A stretch of DNA of 64,000 bases, taken from assembly GCA_964399675.1 (NCBI GenBank), contig CAYNRK010000003.1, positions 73,033 to 137,032 on the forward strand. Direction: 5' to 3'. The position numbers were made by a program, and so were the translations under genes. Origin of the DNA: an uncultured Gammaproteobacteria bacterium (GTDB lineage Bacteria > Patescibacteriota > Patescibacteriia > UBA9934 > GWF2-40-263). Below are positions 40,329-50,180 of this stretch, one piece after another; within the stretch, counting starts at the first letter, position 1; each line of letters starts with the position of its first letter. The notes under the pieces are model-generated. The model saw only the letters and a list, made by a program, of their open reading frames with translations. It was not told the DNA's origin and searched no databases.

Positions 40329-41405
40329 TCAACCCTGCTCAACCTCAAGAAGTTGTTTCACCTCTTCTTCTTTCAATGCATTGATTATGTTGTCGATTGC
40401 GCCATCCATAATTTCAGGGATGTCGTGGAAGTTTGTTTTTATTCTGTGGTCTGTTACGCGATCTTGCGAAAAGTTATATGTACGGATTTTTTCTGAACGA
40501 TCACCGGTTCCGATTTGAACGCGACGTTTATCTTCACGTTCTTTGCGTGCTTTCTCTTGCTCATGCGCAAAAACACGTGCTCGTATGATCGAAAGCGCAC
40601 GTTCTTTATTTTGTTTTTGCGATCGTTCTTCTTGGCAGTAAACCATCATGCCAGTTGGAATGTGTGTGATTCTAACTGCAGAGTAGGTTGTATTTACGCT
40701 TTGACCACCAGCTCCGGTTGAAGTCGTTGCTTCAATCTTCAGGTCCTTTGGGTCGATTTTAATGTCTACTTCCTCAGCCTCTGGCATGATTGCAATTGTT
40801 ACGGTTGATGTGTGAACACGTCCTTGTTTTTCTGTTTCAGGCACGCGCTGAACACGATGCACCCCGCTTTCGTATTTTAGTTTTGCGTAAACCCCGGTTC
40901 CTTTTATTGAAAAAATGACTTCTTTAAAACCACCAAGATCGTTCCGATTGGCTGAAATTAGCTCTGTTTTGAAGTTATTGCGTTCGGCAAAGCGTGTGTA
41001 AAGCCGCATCATTTCAGCTGCAAACAAAGACGACTCATCACCGCCCGCTCCAGCGCGAATTTCAACAATGATTCCTTTTTTGTCCATTGGGTCTTGTGGA
41101 AGCAGGGCAACAAGTAGATTTTTTTCTAGTTCTGGAAGTTTGGTCTCAAGTTCTACAATTTCTTCTTTGGCAAGTGCTTTCAGGTCTGCGTCATCATCTT
41201 GGGCTAAGGCAAGCTTTGCGTTTTCAAGATTTTTTTTAGCTTGTTCATAAGCTGCGCCCACATCAACAATTTCTTTTATGTGCGCGTATGCTTCATTTAC
41301 TTTTCGGATTTTTTGCGGATCAGAAAGCACCTCGCTGTCTGTGAGTTTTGTTTCAAGACTTTTCAGTTCTTGTTTTTTATTTTGAACTTGTTCGAGTAGA
41401 TTCAT
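40329..41405 (-). CDS. prfA: Peptide chain release factor 1
   Basis: GVHRVQRVPETE (PxT), GAGGQ, RSEKIRTYN. Confidence 0.97.
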   Translation of the reverse strand: MNLLEQVQNKKQELKSLETKLTDSEVLSDPQKIRKVNEAYAHIKEIVDVGAAYEQAKKNLENAKLALAQDDDADLKALAKEEIVELETKLPELEKNLLVALLPQDPMDKKGIIVEIRAGAGGDESSLFAAEMMRLYTRFAERNNFKTELISANRNDLGGFKEVIFSIKGTGVYAKLKYESGVHRVQRVPETEKQGRVHTSTVTIAIMPEAEEVDIKIDPKDLKIEATTSTGAGGQSVNTTYSAVRITHIPTGMMVYCQEERSQKQNKERALSIIRARVFAHEQEKARKEREDKRRVQIGTGDRSEKIRTYNFSQDRVTDHRIKTNFHDIPEIMDGAIDNIINALKEEEVKQLLEVEQG

Positions 41406-41459
41406 ATTTTTTTGGAAATTAAAAACGTCCTTCAACAGAAAGACGTTTTTGTTCAACAT

Positions 41460-41756
41460 TTATTCGTCAACTTTTTTCATTTCAGCTTCAGCCTTTTCTT
41501 TCTTTTGCGCAGCACGCTTTACGCGCTTTGCTTTCTTTCCGGTTGTACCTTCGGTCTTCTTGGCAGCACGAGCTTCAAATTTTTCAACACGTCTTGCTGT
41601 ATCAATTATCTTTTGCTTTCCAGTATAGAACGGATGACAGTTTGCACAAAGCTCTACTGAGATTTCTTTTAAAGTTGAACCAACCTCATACACGCTTCCG
41701 CATGCACAGGTGATCTTGGCGTTTTCAAAATATTCTGGGTGAATGTCTTTTTTCAT
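41460..41756 (-). CDS. rpmE: 50S ribosomal protein L31
   Basis: MKKDIHP, CACG, CANCHPFYTG. Confidence 0.97.
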   Translation of the reverse strand: MKKDIHPEYFENAKITCACGSVYEVGSTLKEISVELCANCHPFYTGKQKIIDTARRVEKFEARAAKKTEGTTGKKAKRVKRAAQKKEKAEAEMKKVDE

Positions 41757-41837
41757 ACGTTTTTCGCTGAGAGTGTAGCAAGACCGATAAGACTTGTCAA
41801 TATTTGAAAGATCGGTCATGATAGTAATGTTTGCGCT

Positions 41838-43001
41838 ATGTTAACACAAGATTTTGACTATTATTTACCACAAAATTTGATTGCCCAGCAATCAGTGGAG
41901 CCACGAGACAACTCGCGGCTTATGATTTTAGATCGACAAACAGGGAAAAGGGAACACAAAGTTTTTCATCAAATTATTGATGAATTGGTTTCTGGAGACG
42001 TTCTTGTGATGAATAACACAAAAGTTTTTCGCGCTCGTCTTAGAACAATTGATGGAATTGAGGTGTTTTTGGTTCGAGCAAGATCTGGAAAGGTTTGGGA
42101 AGTCCTTATTCGTCCCGGACGAAAAGTAAAAATTAATCAAACTATTGAAATCAGTTCCTCGAAAAATAAGAAGACTAATTTACGCCGATCGTCGGAAAAT
42201 AGTCTTCAGTCTTTGTTTGGTCAAGTTCTTGGGAAGCACTCGAATGGAATTGTGTTAGTGAGATTTGATCGCGCTGCTGAAGATGTTGTTGTGTTTGCAA
42301 ATGAACACGGTGAGATTCCGGTCCCTCCTTATGTTGAACATCAACCTGATCGACTTGAGGATTATCAAACAGTTTATGCCGAGCACACTGGTTCAGTTGC
42401 TGCGCCAACCGCTGGTTTTCATTTTACAAAAGAGTTGATTGAAAAGTTAAAACAAAAAGGTGTTCAGTTTGAGTTTGTAACTTTGCATGTTGGACTTGGA
42501 ACATTTAGACCAATGAAAACAGAAACTTTGGAAGAACATGAAATGCACGCAGAGTTTGTGTCAGTTGATAAAGAAACAGCACAGCGAATCAATCAAGCAA
42601 AACAAGAGGGCTGTCGTGTTATTGCTGTTGGTACAACAACAGTGCGGACGCTTGAGGGCGTTGCCCGTATATGTCATCTCGAGCTTGCCGAGAGATCTCG
42701 AATATGCGAGATCTCTCCGCTCGCGGAGCCTGCCCTGAGCGAACGAAGTGAGTCGAATGGGCTCGGTCGAGATGACAATATTTTGAGATCTTTTACAGGA
42801 GATGTAAATTTATTTATCAAACCCGGATTCGATTTCAAGGTGATAGATGGATTGATAACAAACTTTCATTTGCCAAAGTCGACTTTGTTGGTTTTAGTTT
42901 CAGCACTTGCTGGGAGGGAGAATATTTTAAAAGCTTACAAAGAAGCTGTTGAAAAGAAATATCGCTTTTATTCGTTTGGTGATGCGATGTTTATTAGATA
43001 G
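41838..43001 (+). CDS. queA: SAM:tRNA ribosyltransferase-isomerase (two palindromic insertions)
   Basis: FDYYLP..LIAQ, GSVAAPTAG, TLHVG, TNFHLPKSTL, YRFYSFGDAM. Confidence 0.96.
   Translation: MLTQDFDYYLPQNLIAQQSVEPRDNSRLMILDRQTGKREHKVFHQIIDELVSGDVLVMNNTKVFRARLRTIDGIEVFLVRARSGKVWEVLIRPGRKVKINQTIEISSSKNKKTNLRRSSENSLQSLFGQVLGKHSNGIVLVRFDRAAEDVVVFANEHGEIPVPPYVEHQPDRLEDYQTVYAEHTGSVAAPTAGFHFTKELIEKLKQKGVQFEFVTLHVGLGTFRPMKTETLEEHEMHAEFVSVDKETAQRINQAKQEGCRVIAVGTTTVRTLEGVARICHLELAERSRICEISPLAEPALSERSESNGLGRDDNILRSFTGDVNLFIKPGFDFKVIDGLITNFHLPKSTLLVLVSALAGRENILKAYKEAVEKKYRFYSFGDAMFIR
42170..42207. repeat. Hairpin translated in frame in queA (KTNLRRSSENSL)
   Basis: gaagacta...ccga-tcg-tcgg...tagtcttc inverted repeat inside an apparently extra peptide segment. 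Confidence 0.55.
42672..42777. repeat. Family A palindrome translated in frame in queA (CHLELAERSRICEIS...GRDD)
   Basis: Close to intergenic copy 14803-14931. Confidence 0.92.
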
Positions 43002-43158
43002 TTGACGTTTTTTAAAGATTTGTTTATACTTTCGCGCATAAATAACCAACAGGTGGATTAAAGAGTTTTGGCTCCTCCCATGTAAATGGGTCCAGAAATC
43101 TCCACCGAAGCTACCCCCCTTCGCCAATGGCTTCGGGGGATAAAAAAGGAAAAAAATT

Positions 43159-43902
43159 ATGCCTAAACTACCTTCTGTGGTTGACATGCTCAAAGCGGGC
43201 GTGCACTTTGGCCACCGGACTTCTCGCTGGCATCCAAAAATGGAGCGATTCATTTTTGGTGCTCGTGGTGGAATCCATATTATTGATTTGGAGGAAACAA
43301 ACAAACAGCTCGAGGACGCTCTTAGCACGCTAAAACGTGTTGCTGAAAAAGGTGGAATCATTATGTTTGTTGGAACTAAGAGTCAAGCGCGACCGATTGT
43401 AAAGAAATATGCTGAGGCTTGCGGCATGCCATATGTGAACGAACGATGGCTTGGTGGAACGCTGACGAATTTTAAACAAATCAAAGAATCACTTAAGCGA
43501 CTTAAAAAGCTTAAAGATCAACGTGACAAAGGCGAGCTTCGTAAGTACACAAAGAAAGAGCGATTGCTTATCAGTCGGGAAATTGAAGACATGGAACGAA
43601 AGCTTGGTGGAATTGAGAATCTAACACGTATTCCAGATGCACTTTTTGTTTTAGATGTTCGAAATGAAAAGACTGCGATTCAAGAAGCTAAGGTCGTGAA
43701 CAAAAAAGTTGTTGCCATTTGTGACACAAACGTTAATCCAAATCTTGTTGATAAAATCATTCCAGCAAACGACGATGCTGTGAAGTCAATCGAGCTTATT
43801 TGTAGTTTGGTGCACGATGCAATCAAAGAAGGAAAAGCTCATGCAGCAAAAGCTGCCAGTGTGACAAAACCATCTCAAGAAAAAACAAAAGAAACAAAAT
43901 AA
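43159..43902 (+). CDS. rpsB: 30S ribosomal protein S2
   Basis: AGVHFGH, RWLGGTLTN, PANDD. Confidence 0.98.
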   Translation: MPKLPSVVDMLKAGVHFGHRTSRWHPKMERFIFGARGGIHIIDLEETNKQLEDALSTLKRVAEKGGIIMFVGTKSQARPIVKKYAEACGMPYVNERWLGGTLTNFKQIKESLKRLKKLKDQRDKGELRKYTKKERLLISREIEDMERKLGGIENLTRIPDALFVLDVRNEKTAIQEAKVVNKKVVAICDTNVNPNLVDKIIPANDDAVKSIELICSLVHDAIKEGKAHAAKAASVTKPSQEKTKETK

Positions 43903-43915
43903 TCAAATTTATATT

Positions 43916-44503
43916 ATGTCCATAGATGCAAAGCTTGTTACACAACTTCGCGCACAAACCGGTGCGGGAATGATGGATGCAAAAAACGCGCTTGCAGAAA
44001 CTGACGGTGATCTTGAAAAAGCTGCAGACGCGCTTCGAAAAAAAGGTTTGGCAAAGGCTGCTAAAAAAGCAGATCGCGAAACCAATGAAGGTCGAGTGCA
44101 CGCGTATATTCATTCAAATGGGAAACTCGGCACTTTGGTTGAAATTTCTTGTGAAACGGATTTTGTTGCGCGTAATGAATCGTTTATTGAGCTCTGTCAT
44201 GATATTGCCATGCACGTGTGCGCGTCTGAGCCTTTGTACTTGAGTAGAGATGATGTGCCAGAAGATGTGGTTGAAAAAGAGAAAAGTATTTATCTTGAAG
44301 GAATGCAAGAGCAATCTAAGCCAGAAGATGTGGTGCAGAAGATTGTGGAAGGAAAGATGAATAAGTGGTTTTCAGAAGTTGTGTTGCTTGAGCAACCGTT
44401 TGTCAAAGACGATTCAATGACAATTGAAGGATTGCTAAAAGCAAAAATCGCGTCAATTGGTGAGAACATGCAGATCAAGAGGTTCTGTAGGTTTAGTTTG
44501 TAA
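43916..44503 (+). CDS. tsf: Elongation factor Ts
   Basis: LRAQTGAGMMD, CETDFVA. Confidence 0.97.
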   Translation: MSIDAKLVTQLRAQTGAGMMDAKNALAETDGDLEKAADALRKKGLAKAAKKADRETNEGRVHAYIHSNGKLGTLVEISCETDFVARNESFIELCHDIAMHVCASEPLYLSRDDVPEDVVEKEKSIYLEGMQEQSKPEDVVQKIVEGKMNKWFSEVVLLEQPFVKDDSMTIEGLLKAKIASIGENMQIKRFCRFSL

Positions 44504-44520
44504 GTTTTTTTCAAAATCAT

Positions 44521-44603
44521 AACCACCCCTAACCCCTCCTTGAAAAGGAGGGGAATTATGCAAATCGAAAGTCCCCCTTTTCAAGGGGGACTACAGGGGG
44601 TTA
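44521..44603. repeat. Palindrome family C (cccctaacccctccttgaaaaggagggg ... cccccttttcaaggggg)
   Basis: Two inverted half-elements; halves also found inside pheT and folA. Confidence 0.85.
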
Positions 44604-44801
44604 GCAGAAAAATCCGCCATTAAGTGGCGGATTTTTTTAGTCTGCCCGCAGCTGAGCTGCGGGCAGACTAATTGACATTTTTGGGATTTTGTAGTAATTT
44701 TTACGTCCTGTCAACACAAGGTTGACGCTGTACGCACGACAGTAAATTCGTGCACAAGTATCCAGACACTTCGGTGCCGCTAAGGATACGAAAGGATAGT
44801 C

Positions 44802-45584
44802 ATGGGACAGTTCGCTGTCAGCGATGGACAGAGACTCAAGGTCTTTGATCAATGTGTGGATCTGCAACGCCGCCTGAGAGAAGGTGGTCTGGATCCCGAA
44901 CTGATGAGCGTGGGTCTTCAGGCGCTTCTTACCGGGGTTGATCCAGAAGAGCTTGCAGCTGCTCGTGGCAAGCGCGAACAGCCTGCCAAGCGCAATCTCG
45001 CCGCGGAACGCCGTAACGAGATCACGGCGTTCTACCGCGGTCTCGGGTTTGACACGCTCGAGATCCCTGTGCCCACCATGGGCGGTAAGCGCGTTTCCAA
45101 CAATGAGTTCGGCCGTCGAGCCAAGGCTGGTCAGGCGCTCTTCTTTCGTCCGGCTACCTCACTCATTTCCTACAACAGGTTCATGACTGCTGTGGGTCAG
45201 ATGGATCATTGGACAGTACTCGATGAGGCCGAGTGCGAGAACATCGCCTGGGAGCCAACAGAGACTGGCTACTGGTTCTGGGCTGAGATCCAGGATTCCT
45301 GCCTCCGCGTGGGTACATCCTGGAACGATTTGACGGCCGAGCACAACCTCCTCTGCCTGGAGGAGTACATGATCGTCTGGCACGTCATGCGCGTGCTCGA
45401 GAGCATCATGATCGATTGTGAGACTTGGTCATGGCTACGCACTCGCTACCAGGCCGTTCCTGGCCCCAGTGCTCTCTACGCCCTCATGCATTACGATGAG
45501 GTGCATGTTGGCTGGAACAGGTCTAGGGGTCTCTCGCTTGGCCACCGCGAAACGGGTGGTCGTATCGCGGAAAAGCTCGTCTGA
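44802..45584 (+). CDS. GC-rich orphan protein, possible C-type-lectin-like C-terminus
   Basis: TTGACA-17-TAATTT at 44672, structured leader, AAGGA SD; ends WSWL...GGR. Confidence 0.75.
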   Translation: MGQFAVSDGQRLKVFDQCVDLQRRLREGGLDPELMSVGLQALLTGVDPEELAAARGKREQPAKRNLAAERRNEITAFYRGLGFDTLEIPVPTMGGKRVSNNEFGRRAKAGQALFFRPATSLISYNRFMTAVGQMDHWTVLDEAECENIAWEPTETGYWFWAEIQDSCLRVGTSWNDLTAEHNLLCLEEYMIVWHVMRVLESIMIDCETWSWLRTRYQAVPGPSALYALMHYDEVHVGWNRSRGLSLGHRETGGRIAEKLV

Positions 45585-45708
45585 GTTCGGTCAACTCTTC
45601 GCTCAGGCTAAAGCCTGGGGCTACCACAGCATCTGCCCGCTGAGTTTTGCTCGGCGGGTGTTTCTTTTTATGATAAACTGTCTTTATCAATACTTATCTT
45701 TTTTCTTT

Positions 45709-46716
45709 ATGTTACGAGTTGCTATTAACGGATTTGGTCGAATTGGGCGCACGACTTTTCGCGCTGCAATTGACCGAAAAAAAATGAAGATTGTTGCAAT
45801 CAATGATCTTTCTGAACCAAAAATTTTGGCTCATTTATTAAAATACGATTCAGTGTTTCGAAAATGGGATCATGATGTAAAGGCTGACAAAAATAATTTG
45901 ATAATTGATGGAAAAAAGATTCCGGTTTACGCAGAAAAAGATCCTGCAAAACTTCCTTGGGCTGAGCATAAGATTGATGTGGTGATTGAGTCAACAGGAT
46001 TTTTTACAAAAAAAGCAGACGCAGCAAAGCATCAAAAAGCCGGGGCAAAAAAAGTTGTTATCTCAGCACCTTCAAAGGATGCACCAACATTTTTAATGGG
46101 TGTGAATCATAAGGTTTGCAAAAAGTTGAACAGTATTGTTAGTAATGCATCGTGCACAACAAACTCTGTAGCTCCGGTGGCACAAATCATGAAGGAAGCT
46201 TTTGGTGTGAAAAAAGGAATGCTTTCAACTATTCATTCAGTTACAGCACAGCAAAATATTGTTGATGGATTGCCTCACGGGAAAAAAGGAGATCTTCGTC
46301 GCGCTCGCGCAGGTTTTATAAACATTGTTCCAACAACAACCGGAGCTGCAAAAGCAACAACACAAGTTGTTAAGTCTTTGAAAGATAAATTTGATGGAAT
46401 CGCGATTCGCGTTCCAACCATTGATGTATCACTAACGGATTTTACTTTTGTAACACGCAAGAAAGCCACAGTTGAGAAAGTACAAAAAGCATTTAAAAAA
46501 GCTGCACGTTCAGCACGTTGGAAAAAAGTTTTAGCTGTTTCAAACGAACCTTTGGTCTCTTCAGACTTGATACATACTCCTTATGCCTCAATTGTTGATC
46601 TTGAAATGATTCGTGTGGTTGATGGAGATTTGGTGAAAGTTCTGGCTTGGTATGACAATGAATGGGGGTATTCGGTTATGTTACTTGATATGGTGGAACA
46701 TGTCGGTCGTCTTTGA
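45709..46716 (+). CDS. gap: Glyceraldehyde-3-phosphate dehydrogenase
   Basis: INGFGRIGR, SNASCTTN, WYDNEWGY. Confidence 0.98.
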   Translation: MLRVAINGFGRIGRTTFRAAIDRKKMKIVAINDLSEPKILAHLLKYDSVFRKWDHDVKADKNNLIIDGKKIPVYAEKDPAKLPWAEHKIDVVIESTGFFTKKADAAKHQKAGAKKVVISAPSKDAPTFLMGVNHKVCKKLNSIVSNASCTTNSVAPVAQIMKEAFGVKKGMLSTIHSVTAQQNIVDGLPHGKKGDLRRARAGFINIVPTTTGAAKATTQVVKSLKDKFDGIAIRVPTIDVSLTDFTFVTRKKATVEKVQKAFKKAARSARWKKVLAVSNEPLVSSDLIHTPYASIVDLEMIRVVDGDLVKVLAWYDNEWGYSVMLLDMVEHVGRL

Positions 46717-47602
46717 TTTAGTAATCCTCCTTTTTTTATCAGTGACTGGGGTTTTTATTCTCCATGTCAGCACTCATGCTGAGCATAGAAAAAAACATCC
46801 GGTCTTTTTGGTTGCAACAATTTTGTTAATCGCATGGATTGTTGTCTTTTACGGAAGTTTTATTGAACCAAAACGACTTGTGGTTTCAGAGCAAGTAGTT
46901 TCGGTTTCTGAGCAAGATGAGATATCACTTCGAGCGGTTGTTGTGGCAGACTTGCACGTTGGTCCGTATAAAAGGACTCGTTGGGCTCAGCATGTTGTTG
47001 ATCGTGTGATGAGTTTGGATCCAGAAATAATTTTCATTCCAGGTGATTTTATTTTTTCAGGCTCTGATGAAATTCAGTATCTAGATCCTCTTAAGGATTT
47101 GTCTGCTCCACACGGTGTGTTTGCGGTTACTGGAAATCATGACTATACAAAAAATGCAGACAGAAAAGTGATTGCTAAACTCGAGGAGCTTGGCATAACA
47201 GTTTTACAAAATGAGTCAAAGAAAATTAATGTTGCCGGGACTGAGATTTATATTGCTGGAATCAACGATCTTTGGAATGGAGCGAATGTATACAATGCAC
47301 TTCGAGATTTTTCAGATACTGATAATATAATTTTGCTTTCACATAATCCTGATGTTGTTATGTTCACAGCTTCAAAACGCGCGGATCTTGTGATTTCCGG
47401 TCACACGCACGGAGGGCAAATTCGTTTGCCTTTTATTGGACCGGTTCCCAACCTTCCAACCGAGCTTGGACGTGCATATGATCAAGGTTTATTTAATTAT
47501 GAGGAAATCCAGTTATTTATTACTTCTGGGGTGGCAGAAACAGGTGCTCGCGCTCGATTATTTAATCCACCGGAAATCAACATGTTGACGATTTCATTTT
47601 GA
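46700..47602 (+). CDS. Membrane-anchored metallophosphoesterase
   Basis: DLH, GD, GNHD, HNPD, SGHTHGGQ. Confidence 0.9.
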   Translation: MSVVFDLVILLFLSVTGVFILHVSTHAEHRKKHPVFLVATILLIAWIVVFYGSFIEPKRLVVSEQVVSVSEQDEISLRAVVVADLHVGPYKRTRWAQHVVDRVMSLDPEIIFIPGDFIFSGSDEIQYLDPLKDLSAPHGVFAVTGNHDYTKNADRKVIAKLEELGITVLQNESKKINVAGTEIYIAGINDLWNGANVYNALRDFSDTDNIILLSHNPDVVMFTASKRADLVISGHTHGGQIRLPFIGPVPNLPTELGRAYDQGLFNYEEIQLFITSGVAETGARARLFNPPEINMLTISF

Positions 47603-47620
47603 TGATAGGATAGAGACAGT

Positions 47621-48805
47621 ATGAAATTGCGAAAACTTGGAAATGGAATGAATTTAAGCGGTAAGCGAGTGTTGGTTCGAATTGACGCTAATGTGCCGAT
47701 TGAAAAAGGTCGTGCTGTTGATGGGGTGCATGGTCGGATTGCACGAGCTGCTGTGGATCTGGATTGGTTAAGCCAGCGTGGAGCAAAGGTGATTGTAATA
47801 GCACACCTTGGTCGGCCAAAAGGCAGACGCGTTCCAGCCTTGTCGCTTGCACCAGTAGCAAAGCGTCTTATTGGTCTTTTGGGTTCTCGTGTTAAAAAGA
47901 CACGCAGTGTTATTGGAAAAGATGTAAAGCGCGCAGTGGAAAAAATGAAAAATGGAGATATCTTGTTACTTGAGAATGTTCGTTTTGATAGACGTGAAAT
48001 AATAAATGATCCAGCCTTTGCTCAGACTCTTGGAGGGTTGGGAGATTTGTATGTGAACGATGCATTTTCAAACTCTCATCGAAATCACGCATCAATGCAC
48101 GCAATCACAAAAGTTTTGCCATCTTATGCAGGGCCGCTTTTATCAAATGAAGTTTCTGTAATGGCAAAGCTTGATAAGCACATTAAGCATCCGTTTGTGC
48201 TTGTAATGGGCGGGTTAAAGATGCGCACAAAACTTCCTGTTATTGAAAGGTTTTTGCACGAGGCCGATGCCATTCTGTTGGGCGGTGCTATTTCAACAAC
48301 CTTTTTTGTTGCTGATGGTTATAGTGTTGGAAAGTCTGTGTATGACAAGGAAGGTGTTGAATTTGCAGGAAAATTACTAAAGCGAGTAAAAAACAAAATA
48401 ATTTTGCCAACAGATTTTTTGGTTTCCACATCGCTTAGAAAAGATGCAAAAGTAGAAAATGTTCCTTTTGATGAAATCGGTTCAAAGCATCGTATTGTTG
48501 ATATTGGGAAAGAAACCATAAAAGAATATGAGCGAGTGTTATCTCAAGCTAAAACAATAGTTTGGAATGGGCCGCTTGGATATTGCGAGATACCAAAGTT
48601 TTGTAATGGAACAGAAAAGATTGCAAAAGTAATTGCTGCACGTACTGGAAAAGCAACCACTATTGTCGGCGGCGGTGACACTGTTCCGGTTCTTGATAAG
48701 CTTCGACTTGCAGATAAGTTCACGCTTCTTTCAACCGGAGGTGGTGCAATGTTAAAATTTTTAGCAAATGAAAAGCTTCCAGGTTTGGAGGTCCTCAAAC
48801 AATAA
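47621..48805 (+). CDS. pgk: Phosphoglycerate kinase
   Basis: RIDANVP, HLGRP, LLENVRF, WNGP, STGGGA. Confidence 0.97.
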   Translation: MKLRKLGNGMNLSGKRVLVRIDANVPIEKGRAVDGVHGRIARAAVDLDWLSQRGAKVIVIAHLGRPKGRRVPALSLAPVAKRLIGLLGSRVKKTRSVIGKDVKRAVEKMKNGDILLLENVRFDRREIINDPAFAQTLGGLGDLYVNDAFSNSHRNHASMHAITKVLPSYAGPLLSNEVSVMAKLDKHIKHPFVLVMGGLKMRTKLPVIERFLHEADAILLGGAISTTFFVADGYSVGKSVYDKEGVEFAGKLLKRVKNKIILPTDFLVSTSLRKDAKVENVPFDEIGSKHRIVDIGKETIKEYERVLSQAKTIVWNGPLGYCEIPKFCNGTEKIAKVIAARTGKATTIVGGGDTVPVLDKLRLADKFTLLSTGGGAMLKFLANEKLPGLEVLKQ

Positions 48806-48809
48806 TTTT

Positions 48810-50066
48810 ATGAGCAACAAAATTCATTCGATCCATGCCCACGAGATCTTAGACTCTCGGGGAAGCCCAACTGTGAACGTAACAGTTATTTTGGAGAGTG
48901 GTGTGTTAGGAACCGCATCCGTTCCAAGCGGAGCTTCAACAGGTGTTCATGAAGCACTTGAGCTTCGCGATGGGGACAAGAAACGTTATCAAGGAAAAGG
49001 AGTTCTCAAAGCTGTTCATAATGTGAACACTAAAATTGTTCGAGCACTTAAGGGTATGGACGTAACTCATCAACGTGAGATTGATAATAAGATGATCATG
49101 TTGGATGGCACAGTTAACAAAAGCAAGCTGGGAGCGAATGCGATTTTAGGTGTTTCACTTGCTTGTGCTCACACCGCAGCCAAAGCAAAAAAGATGCCGC
49201 TTTATGAATACTTGCGTTGGGCCTACGACATTTGTCACAAAAAATATAGATTACCAACTCCGACCATGAACGTTCTTAATGGCGGGGCACATGCAGGTTG
49301 GATTTTAGATTTTCAAGAGTTCATGATTGTTCCAATGCAAAGAAAGTTTCGTGAGCGTTACCGCTGTGGTTCAGAAATTTTTCATGCGCTTGGTTCCATT
49401 CTGACAAAGTTAGGACACTCAACACTTAAAGGAGACGAAGGTGGGTATGCTGCAAAACTTAAGAGCAACGAAGATGCATTCAAGTTAATCATGCAAGCCA
49501 TTAGAAAAGCAAAGTACAAACCAGGCAAGGATGTTTTTCTTGCAATGGATCCGGCTGTATCAGAAATTTATAATGCCAAGTCTGGTAAGTATGAAATGAA
49601 AGTTGATAAGAAAAAGATGACAACAGATCAGATGATTGAAATGTGGAAGAAGTGGTTAAAGAAGTATCCGATTATTTCGCTTGAAGACGGTTTGGATCAG
49701 GATGATTGGGATGGATGGGTTAAGATGACAAAAGAGCTTGGCAAGCAAGTAACGCTTGTTGGGGACGATTTTTTGGTAACAAATGTTGAGCGTTTGCAAA
49801 AATGTATTGAGCTTAAAGCTGCAAACGCTGTCCTTATTAAAGTGAATCAGATCGGCACATTGTCTGAGGCAATTGATGCAATCCAGCTTGCTCAGCAGCA
49901 CAAGTATAAGATTTCTGTTTCTCATCGCTCCGGAGAAACTATTGATACAACCATTGCTGATTTGGCTGTTGCCGTGAACGCTGATTTTATAAAAACAGGC
50001 TCTCTTTCACGATCTGAAAGATTGGCAAAGTATAATCGTTTACTTGAAATTGAAGAGGAGGTATAG
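48810..50066 (+). CDS. eno: Enolase
   Basis: VPSGASTG, GDEGG, KVNQIG, SHRSGET. Confidence 0.98.
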   Translation: MSNKIHSIHAHEILDSRGSPTVNVTVILESGVLGTASVPSGASTGVHEALELRDGDKKRYQGKGVLKAVHNVNTKIVRALKGMDVTHQREIDNKMIMLDGTVNKSKLGANAILGVSLACAHTAAKAKKMPLYEYLRWAYDICHKKYRLPTPTMNVLNGGAHAGWILDFQEFMIVPMQRKFRERYRCGSEIFHALGSILTKLGHSTLKGDEGGYAAKLKSNEDAFKLIMQAIRKAKYKPGKDVFLAMDPAVSEIYNAKSGKYEMKVDKKKMTTDQMIEMWKKWLKKYPIISLEDGLDQDDWDGWVKMTKELGKQVTLVGDDFLVTNVERLQKCIELKAANAVLIKVNQIGTLSEAIDAIQLAQQHKYKISVSHRSGETIDTTIADLAVAVNADFIKTGSLSRSERLAKYNRLLEIEEEV

Positions 50067-50074
50067 CGCGTTAA

Positions 50075-50172
50075 TGTCATCTCGACCGAGGCCAAAGGCC
50101 GAGCGGAGAGATCTCGAATCTGCGAGATCCCTCGGCTTCGGCCCGTCGGACGGGCCTTCGCTCGGGATGACA
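50075..50172. repeat. REP-like palindrome family A
   Basis: tgtcatctcgacc...cgggatgaca. Confidence 0.9.
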
Positions 50173-50180
50173 GAAAAAAT

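Noticed and set aside
38261-40518. Many 60-155 aa ORFs on both strands
   Set aside because: Overlapping, compositionally odd, no motifs; duplicated modules do not keep a reading frame, so an RNA explanation fits better
45418-45708. Long N-terminal extensions of gap (similarly eno, metK, tmk, prfA, hydrolase)
   Set aside because: ORF-caller extensions to upstream alternative starts; homology begins at the downstream ATG
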